DNA of 64,000 bases from the NCBI GenBank assembly GCA_951406725.2, contig OX597817.1, positions 66,588,001 to 66,652,000 of the forward strand. The letters are read 5' to 3'. Source of the stretch: Octopus vulgaris (taxonomy: Eukaryota). Shown one piece after another: positions 55,420 through 64,000 of this stretch (position 1 is the first letter of the stretch; every line of letters starts with the position of its first letter). Position numbers and translations under genes: made by a program. The notes beneath the pieces were generated by a model. The model did not search any database. It saw only the letters and a list, made by a program, of their open reading frames with translations, and had not been told where the DNA came from.

Positions 55420-55680
55420 TTCGTTAGCATTCTCCCCAGAAACGAGAGAATTGATTTCTAATCCATTGGAATTTGAATAACAACAACTATAACTTTAAGA
55501 AAGTCATGCATATTTTTATTCTTCCGCTCACAGATAATATCTGTAAAGTTCGTGTTAGCCGGTCTCTATCTTTACTTGAAAATCCTAACTTTTCCAAATT
55601 GTCGCTTAGGCATTACTTAAAATAAACAAGAGCACGAATAATTATTGATATAAATCTAAATTTATAGCCAGCTGTCTTTG
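55420..55680 (-). mobile_element. Second RLE-type LINE 3' fragment, same family as 28990-29507
   Basis: RLTRTLQILSVSGRIKICMTFLK vs RLTRTLQVQSVSGTVKICKTFLK. Confidence 0.7.
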
Positions 55681-56094
55681 AATATTTTATTTCGTTGAGA
55701 CATGCAATCAGAGTACATAGAATCAAAAGGAGAACCGAAAGACTTTCTATTCAACACTCTTATGACTTTACTAATTCGCCATCTTTAACAAGGAAACAAA
55801 GAGCAACACTGATAAGTTGCCACCCTGCAATATGCCTTTTTGATAATGTATGATTTCCTTGTTCTCAATTCTGAGAAGTAAAATTATGTACCATATTTTG
55901 GTTGGCGTCGAATAGCAACTACTAGTGGTTATGAGACTTTAATAATCCTCCCACGTAGTACCGGTTGCGGCATAAACATACATACATGCAAAACGCACCA
56001 TTAATTAATAATAATAGTAGTTTCAAATTTTGTCACCAAGCCAGCAATTGTGAGAGAGGCTGCAAGTCGATCAAATTGACTCCAGTGCGTTTAG

Positions 56095-56125
<31 letters not shown>

Positions 56126-56345
56126 CTGTGTGTTTGTGTAAATATACAGAGGGTCCTACGTTGAAGGAGATTAAGATTTTGTTCTTCCTTGAAATTAAAT
56201 GTCTCTCCTGAAAAAGTCTGAAAACTTCCGGAATGCACCTTACAGACAGACACACACACGTATAAGTAAACACTTTGATTCGGCCCCATGCAACTTAAAG
56301 TTTCGTAAGTTCGTCACAGGATCCGAGCTCGTCAGGCTCAAGAGA

Positions 56346-56381
56346 CAAAGCCTGACGAGCCTATGAAACTGAGTTGCTTTG
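56346..56381 (+). ncRNA. Minimal type-I hammerhead ribozyme motif
   Basis: CAAAGC-CUGACGA-G-CCUA-U-GAAA-C-UGA-G-UU-GCUUUG: perfect 6-bp helix I and canonical core. An inverted partner copy lies at about 56275-56340. Confidence 0.7.
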
Positions 56382-56450
56382 GACCGAATCAAACTATTTT
56401 TAAACAGTAATACCTACCTACCTACATACATACATACATACATACATACA

Positions 56451-56482
<32 letters not shown>

Positions 56483-56487
56483 CATAT

Positions 56488-56564
<77 letters not shown>

Positions 56565-57398
56565 CAGGGTGTCCCAAAAAATGTATGCACACTTTAAACA
56601 ATTGTAAAGTAGTTGTTTATTAAAAGACACTTCATTTTCAAAATTTAATAGAATCTACAGACATTATTTTATTGTTTTGTCAATGCCTGTTTTCAAACTG
56701 ATGTCCGGTCTGGTCCAGGCACTGCTGACAACGCAAAGGAATCACAAATATCACAAAAGAATTTGTTTGGTATTTGCGTGCACTCTCGTCCAATGGCTGC
56801 TCTCAAATCAGCGACTTGTAGGTTTCATAGCGTAGAATTTGTCTTTAAGGTATCCCCATAAAAAAAGTCTAGTGGTGTGAGGTCTGATGAGTACCACTCG
56901 CAATGCTGCACTCTTTCGTCTGGATCATCATCATTAATAGCATGGACTAATCTTGGAATGTAACTTTTCCATTGACAATGCTTCAAAATGCATTGGACAG
57001 ATGGTTTTGGAATACCTACCTCATGACTCGCTTTGCCGCACAGATTTTCTTGACTTTGGTGATTTATTTCCAGTACTCCTTGCTTTGTTGGGGTTGTTGA
57101 TGTCCGGGGTCTTCTGGAATGCTTATCGTGGACATTCTGAGCAGTTCCATCAGCTTCAAACTTATCTCTAATTCAAGTGATGGGGAGTTGCATTGGTGGA
57201 TCTGTTTGAAACTCCCTCCCCAACTGTTTTTGCACTCCAACTGCATTTTCACACTTCCAGTATCATTTTAGAATGAATTTTCTTTGTTCAAAGCTTAATC
57301 TGACTGCCATAATTAAATCCTATAGGTTTCATCTGGAAAGAAAAAATATCAATTGAGTTATCAGCTGCTAAAGTGTATATACATTTTTTTGGGACACC

Positions 57399-57401
<3 letters not shown>
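56565..57401 (-). mobile_element. Internally deleted Tc1/mariner-superfamily transposon
   Basis: TIRs cagggtgtcccaaaaaatgtat / atacatttttttgggacaccctg flanked by TA. Remnants [16 protein letters not shown] and an N-terminal HTH. Confidence 0.88.
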
Positions 57402-57464
<63 letters not shown>

Positions 57465-57559
57465 ATTTATATTCTGGACTCACCCGTCGTTAAACGACGT
57501 ATGCGGGTTTGGCAATTTCTTGCCGAACAACTACACAGATGATTTGATTATAGTGATCA

Positions 57560-57734
57560 AATCGACATTACCTGTACAGGCGCACCATGAGCTACATGTG
57601 GGATGCCGAAATGATCGTAGAGCAACGTGAAATGAAGTGCTTTGCTCAAGAACACAACACAACGCCTGGTCTGGGAATCGAACCAACGATCTCGTAATTG
57701 TGAATGCAGCACCCTAACCATTAAGCCATGCGCC

Positions 57735-57737
<3 letters not shown>
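57560..57737 (-). mobile_element. tRNA-derived SINE, third family
   Basis: ggcgcatggcttaatggttagg..ggttcgattccc..gttcttgagcaaagcactt. Confidence 0.75.
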
Positions 57738-57781
<44 letters not shown>

Positions 57782-57798
57782 TTACATGAAGTTAAATG

Positions 57799-58655
57799 CA
57801 TGTCCGGTTACTGAGTGACCAATGGTTTCGCATCTATAATGCGCTTAGCTTTATACCTGTACATGACTCGTCAGACTCCAGTGAGTGCGGGCATACAGTT
57901 TCTCTTCAAACTGGAAGTAGAAAACCGTTACGGTCAGTTAATTTGTAAACAAGAGAATAATATACATTGTCTGACCCGTAAACAGAACTGGTTGTCGCTC
58001 TTAGACCGGTCCGGTCAGCAAATCTTATGGACCTAAAAGGCAAACGAGAAATTTCCGCGCTATGGTTGGTTCCGTCGGCAAATACTTTTTACTGCCCTAA
58101 TCGACGAACGGGGCTGGTAACGTTTGAAGCGGGGGCATGGGCTACAGGTCCCGTATCTTGAGTTTAAGAGAGATCCCAGATCCAGTGAGTCTTTGAGGAT
58201 ACTTGCCTGCTCTGCTATGCAAAACTTGCATTATCCTCTCGCTTATATCGGACTACGACTGCTCTATATAAACGGGAGCGGACAATGCAAGCTTTGGACT
58301 CGGACTCTCTCTTAAACTCAAGACATGGGTTATGTAGCCCCTGCTCCCGTTTCAAACGCTATCTACTGCAGGCATGGATTCCCCGTTCGTCGATTAGGAC
58401 TGTAAAATGCACTTAACGACCGGAACCAACCACAAGGCAGAGATTCCTTGTTTGCTCTTTAGGTCCATAAGATTTGCTGAGGGAGATAACCAGTCCTGTT
58501 AAAGGCTAAGACAGTTTATATTATTCTTTTGTTTACAAATTAACTGACCGTAACCGTTTTCCATCTTCAATGCGGCCATCGGAGTCTAACAATTCGTGTG
58601 TAAAGCTAAGCGTTTTATGGATGCGAAACCATTGGTCACTCAATGACCGGACATG
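57799..58655. mobile_element. ~860-bp fold-back/MITE with ~370-bp imperfect arms
   Basis: catgtccggttactgagtgaccaatggtttcgcatc / gatgcgaaaccattggtcactcaatgaccggacatg, with inner arm ends tcttgagtttaagagag / ctctcttaaactcaaga. Confidence 0.85.
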
Positions 58656-58774
58656 TAGTAGTAAAGTATTTAGATGAAGTTAAATTAACTTCATCTAAAT
58701 ACATTACTGATGTAACCTTTTAGAATGTGCTTTTTTCTGGGATATATGACCCACCAACGATATGTATGTATGTA

Positions 58775-58810
<36 letters not shown>

Positions 58811-58952
58811 TTTTAAAGGGTTGACTGTGGATTCGTCCATTAATTGGAAGTAGTTTCCAAAAGATTTCTAACGTTGATTCTTCATACTTACTTTGAATTT
58901 ATTAATGTATATTGGCGTAGATATGAAAGGTTACAAAAGTGTATTAAGTTTA

Positions 58953-59281
58953 TGATTTAAGATATAGAACAAAGTTCGACAAATTCAATCATATTTTTCG
59001 TAAATGCAGGAGATTAGATGTTAATATGGAATAAAATATCTTTTATTCGTTTCGCTATGCGATCGTTTCGTACAGAAAGACAATAAATTCATTTTAAGAA
59101 CCTGAGTTATAAAAAAGTACTCATCAGTAGCACAATAAGAAAGAAATATTAAAAACTAATGTATGAAACGATCGTATAGCGAATTGAATAAAAAAAATTC
59201 TATTCCATATTAACATCTAATCTCCTCCATTTACGAAAAATATGATTGAATTAACCGAACTTTGTTCTATAACTTAAATCA
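58953..59281. mobile_element. Fold-back element with ~120-bp arms (Penelope-type terminal repeat candidate)
   Basis: tcaatcatatttttcgtaaatgcaggagattagatgttaatatggaata and its reverse complement. Contains a hammerhead motif. Confidence 0.75.
59053..59132 (-). ncRNA. Type-I hammerhead ribozyme motif (U16.1>C in this copy)
   Basis: UGCUA-CUGAUGA-GUAC...GUAC-GAAA-C-GAUC-G-CA-UAGCG. The opposite arm keeps GAAACGAUCGUAUAGCG. Confidence 0.68.
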
Positions 59282-59350
59282 AGTACTTACTATGTATGAA
59301 TTCTGTCTGTCTGCCTGCCTGCTTGTATATATATATATATATATATATAT

Positions 59351-59628
59351 ATAAGAACATCAGATGACAAACGAATAAACGATTATCTAATGAGCTTCAT
59401 TAGCTTACAGCTGTTTCTGCTATAATATGCTGTGAACTCAATGTTGAGTGTCATAGCTTCATCGGAACTTCGAATATGAAGTGCACTTCATATTCGAGGC
59501 TCCAATGAAGGTATAAGGTGCTACTCAGGCACTTAACTATGAGTCCAATACATCTTATTGCAGAAACAACTATAAGCTAATGAAGTTCATAGAATAATCT
59601 TTTTGCCTTTGTCATCTAATTTTCTTAT
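59351..59628. mobile_element. Near-complete palindrome centred on gtgcac (Penelope-type terminal repeat candidate)
   Basis: tcgaatatgaagtgcacttcatattcga core, with arms extending about 135 bp. Confidence 0.75.
59402..59469 (-). ncRNA. Hammerhead variant (CCGAUGA core)
   Basis: AGUU-CCGAUGA-A-GCUAUGA..UAUAGC-A-GAAA-C-AGCU-G-UA-AGCU. A decayed mirror copy lies at 59498-59578 (+). Confidence 0.55.
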
Positions 59629-59657
59629 TGCCGCTCTGTACTCGACTAACGCTTCGT

Positions 59658-59742
59658 TCTGAAACATATCTATATGGAGTTCTACATCAAGTTATCAGTC
59701 TGAAACATATCTATATGGAGTTCTACATCAAGTTATCAGTCT
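59658..59742. repeat. 41-bp perfect tandem duplication
   Basis: tctgaaacatatctatatggagttctacatcaagttatcag x2. Confidence 0.9.
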
Positions 59743-60334
59743 CAGAATGCCTAAGCGCCATATATATATATATATACACACACATACATACATACATACA
59801 TACATACATACATACATACATACATACATACATACATACATACATACATACATACATACATACATACATACATACATACACGTGTGTGTGTGTATGTATG
59901 TATGCATGCACTAGAATGATTTGTATGCATATATTCACATATTCATGTTTGCGAGAGATGATATAAAGGGGGATTAAAAAATAGTTATGGTAAGCACAGT
60001 TCAAAACTCATATCACATATGTCCACCCTGTACTGATGTATAGTTTCTATATATATTATACGCGAGTATCCTGTATCTATGACAGTAAGCAAATTTATGT
60101 GAGCTTGTGTAAGTGCGTAAGTATGTGTATCTTTGTCGGTTTGTGTGTGCGTGTATTTAAGATTCCATGTGCTCTCAGCCTGTTATCACGACAGGGAACC
60201 ACTTAGGTTGTACAAACAATCCAAGTGAGATATTTCAAAACAAATCTGGTGCAGCAAACGAGTTAAGTAAATGTATATGTTTGTGTGTCTGTGTGCGTGC
60301 ATGCTCTAATATAAATACACACACTCACACATTT

Positions 60335-60359
60335 ATGTGAATATATATGTATGTATATG

Positions 60360-60398
<39 letters not shown>

Positions 60399-60447
60399 GT
60401 ATGTATATATGTATGTATATGTATGTATGTATATATATATATGTATG

Positions 60448-60480
<33 letters not shown>

Positions 60481-60872
60481 GTATATATATGTATATATAT
60501 GTATGTATATATATGTATATATATGTATGTATGTATATATATATGTATGTGTATATATGTATGTATGTATGTGTGTGTATGTATGTATCTATGTATATGC
60601 ATGTATATGTATGTATGTGTGTGTGTATGTATGTATGTATGTATGTATGTATGTATGTATATGTATGTATATGTATGTATATGTATGTATGTATGTATGT
60701 ATGTATATGTATGTATATGCATGTATATGTATGTATGTATGTATGTATATGTATGTATATGTATGTATATGTATGTATTTATGTATGTATGTATGTGTGT
60801 GTATGTATGTATGTATGTATGTATGTATGTATGTATGTATGTATGTATGTATGTATGTATGTATGTATGTAT
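60335..60872. repeat. Long degenerate (TATG)/(TA) microsatellite
   Basis: Direct reading. Confidence 0.95.
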
Positions 60873-60873
60873 A

Positions 60874-61889
60874 TCTCTCTATATATAAAACAGAGAATGT
60901 GTGTGTCTGTCTGTCTGTGTGAATCCCTAAAACTTGAGAACTACACAACCAATTTCATTCAAATTTTACACACGCCTTACTTAGGGTCCATGTAGTTTCA
61001 TGGGCAAAAAAAAATGTTCAGCTTCTTGCCTAGAGCGAGCCCATAGCAATATCATATCTTCTCCACTATTTCAGTATTACGTGTAAAAAGTGAAACAAAA
61101 ACATTTCTCTATTTTATGTCAGATACTTTCACTTTAACAATAAAAATAATAATAACAATTAAATTATATGTAGTAAGTAATAATTAAAATCAAAATAAAG
61201 TATAATATAATCGTAACATAACAAAAGTAAAAATAGCAATTGGTATAAAATTGCATCAATGACTTGAACTTGAATAAGTGGTTTCACATGAATGGGAATA
61301 AATTAAAAATAAAATTAGCGTGCAGAAATGGAATAGTCCTGATGGATAATAAAAAATTAAATTAAAGAAAAGACTATTGTCTATAAAGTATACAATGTAG
61401 AGAAAAAAAGAAGATTTGAGCATATGGAGGAAAGCACCTTCGAAAAGATATCTAATCAGAGGCGGTAAATTCGCCACAATAGAAACAAGTTTCGAGTCAA
61501 CGGAGCGTGCAAGGGAGTACTCGACTCGAACTTGCAAAGTGGAAATATTTTATTTTTACCTTTATATCTAGGACGTAGAACGTCCCGGAAAAAAATTTTT
61601 AATGCCCCCCCCCTCCAGAAGTAGAGGTAGGCTGGATTGTAGTCACACTTCTATACAAGAGGGAGGACAAGATACAATTGATCGAAATGACAAGAGACGG
61701 GCTAACAATTCCAGTCTGTTATATATTTTGAGTATTGTTATCACTAGCGATATCAAGATATACCTTTGTATTTTGTATTTTATGTGTAGATGTATATATA
61801 TAAATGTACATGTAATATATACAGATATATACACACATATATACATGCACTAGCACTATGACCCGGCAACGACGGGTCTTTAATGCTAG
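60874..61889 (+). mobile_element. Non-autonomous Helitron-like element, about 1 kb
   Basis: A|TC tctctatatataaaa start, (GTCT)n, subterminal hairpin gacccg-gcaacga-cgggtc (61860-61878), CTAG|T end. Confidence 0.85.
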
Positions 61890-61929
61890 TATATATATAT
61901 ATATATATATATATATGAGGTGGGGAGGA

Positions 61930-62880
61930 AGGACTATTCGTAGCTAGTTGATGCAGAGCCTAGGGAGGCATCAGACACAATATGGGCGATGAAAGCGGGT
62001 AGAGTCGAACAAGTTGGGAGGCGGGTGCTTAAGTGGAGGGTAACACTAGACCAACTAACTTGTTTCATGCCACCTCCGGGAACTGTGGCCTTGGTAGTAG
62101 CGGTAAGTAGACAAAGAAAAAGCGTACGTTTGTGGGACAGTAGCTGGATCATTTACTCTTATGCCCCTTGAGTGACTTTTTTCTGGATGCGGTCTAAGAC
62201 GTCTCTGTAGCACCACCGTTTCAGATGAAGAAGTAGTACTCCAATCTGGGTCATGCGGGCCTGTGGAGTCTCTAGTGATTTTAGTAGAAAGTAGAAAATA
62301 AAATGTGTGTGGTAGAGGGAATATTTTCTGACTCGAAAGAAAGAAAAGGACCAGTTTCTGAGATGTAGTATCAATTGTATTAAGGACGTGCTTTCACCGT
62401 AAGAGAGGGTAGTGGGGCTTAGCAGGTCTAGCATTTAAAGAAATCGCAAAGACTCTAGCGCGTTGCTACCTTATGTTGGGTACGACGACGCTTTCTGATA
62501 CGAGTACCATTTTCTTTTCTTCTACAAAAGGTGTGAGGCCTTTAGTATTGCTAGTGATGGAATAAAGAAGGCTGTCTGCCCCAGTCAACGCTTTTTTGAG
62601 TGGAGGAAGAACTGTATAGGCTTAGGAAAAATAAACTTGAGGGCTGCCCTTGGCAGCACACACACTTGCTGCGCCACTGTGTGAGATATCTTGCTTTCTT
62701 ATGGATGGTGCTTAGATGGAGAGGTTTGGGAAGAATGAAGAATGTTATTTTCGCGAGAGTGATTCTATCACCATTGTTGTAGGGTCGCAATTTTATGATT
62801 ATTGTGTTGCTGCAGATCATCATCGTGTGGTCTAGCTCGCTGTGTGTATAATAAATGAAGCAATCCACGAACTTTTAATT
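61930..62880 (-). mobile_element. Heavily decayed CR1/L2-like LINE pieces
   Basis: Fragments such as VLDRIQKK and higher-GC coding-like sequence. Confidence 0.4.
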
Positions 62881-63204
62881 TTTACCATATTTCTTGCTGG
62901 ACATGATTTACTGCGTTGGCTGTTTACAAAAGAAAGATGTCGATAATATAACCGCCGGCTGGAAGGAGAGAACCGCACTGTGTCTTGTAGCTGCGATACA
63001 TCGTGTCTTAGTGTCAGAATTCGTTTCTTGCTCGAGGTGGTCTGTCCGAATGCTCAAGTTGGTCTGGTCTTAGCGATCTACTTTCTGCGAGTGCCCAAGA
63101 TGATTTGCGCGAATGCCTGACGCCATCTGGCTGAGTAATGCGCCAAAGAATTTCATAGGTTGAAATAGAGGAGCTATATCATGCCACAGCTTCACGTTGA
63201 TTAC

Positions 63205-63456
63205 TCTTTACTCTTTTACTCTTTTACACGTTTCAGACATTTAACTGTTGCCATACTGGAGCACCGTCTTTAGTCGAAGAAATCGACCCCAGGACTTATT
63301 CTTTTTAAGCCTAGTACTTATTCTATCGGTCTCTTTTGCCGAACCGCTTGGTTTCGGGGACCTAAACAGACCAACATCGGTTGTCAAGCGATGGTGGGGG
63401 GACAAACACACACACACGTAAATACATACATACATACATACATACATGCATACATG

Positions 63457-63547
<91 letters not shown>

Positions 63548-63897
63548 GGACAACAAAACATCCAGGTAAATGATACAAAAAGGGACAAGAAAAAACAAGT
63601 ATGTATATGTGCAGATTTGTAAGTTTTGTTTTACGTATGTCTTCTCATGCATACACTTCGGAGTTTTCTTTGCTCAGTCGAGTTCCAGATTATCTTTGCA
63701 ATTTCGGCAGGTTATACTCGAGATTGCTCAAATCTGGCCATCCCCAAGGAAAAATTAAGCTAAGAGCATTAGATTCCTTGGAAGAAAGCAGCAAATGTAT
63801 ACGAAAACAAGGACGAAAAAAAACGGAGAAATGCTACACAAATACAAATGCAGATAACAGGATATTAACAACAGGTGTCTTTCGACTAAGGACAAAT

Positions 63898-63984
<87 letters not shown>

Positions 63985-64000
63985 GTATCTATACACGACG
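63205..64000 (-). mobile_element. SINE family A split in its central microsatellite by an insertion (63548-63900); runs off the window
   Basis: 3' half at 63205-63420. The final 'cgacg' matches the start of the 5' half seen in other copies. Confidence 0.8.

Overview
This is AT-rich, microsatellite-dense animal DNA, not prokaryotic. The SINE/LINE content points to a coleoid cephalopod, probably octopus (inference). Most short ORFs in the track are microsatellite artefacts. Host-derived sequence: an intact single-ORF, highly divergent class B1 (secretin-family) GPCR (45516-46733, minus); a SINE-interrupted processed pseudogene of HSD17B4 (about 36425-37380, minus); and two probable last exons of an unidentified plus-strand gene (9391-9479, 11941-11984). 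The rest is mobile DNA: a young 5'-truncated RTE LINE with a PHD finger inside its RT, R4/Dong- and CR1-like LINE remnants, a Penelope GIY-YIG remnant, three Tc1/mariner elements, Helitron-like elements, MITEs and many tRNA-derived SINEs. Two structural observations stand out. (1) Five dissimilar short fold-back elements each carry a minimal type-I hammerhead ribozyme motif, some with core variants, as expected for Penelope-type terminal repeats. (2) A three-layer nest (SINE > fold-back element carrying telomeric repeats > cargo-carrying relative) has perfect 8-bp TSDs. All reading was by eye, so TE boundaries are approximate unless a TIR or TSD is cited.
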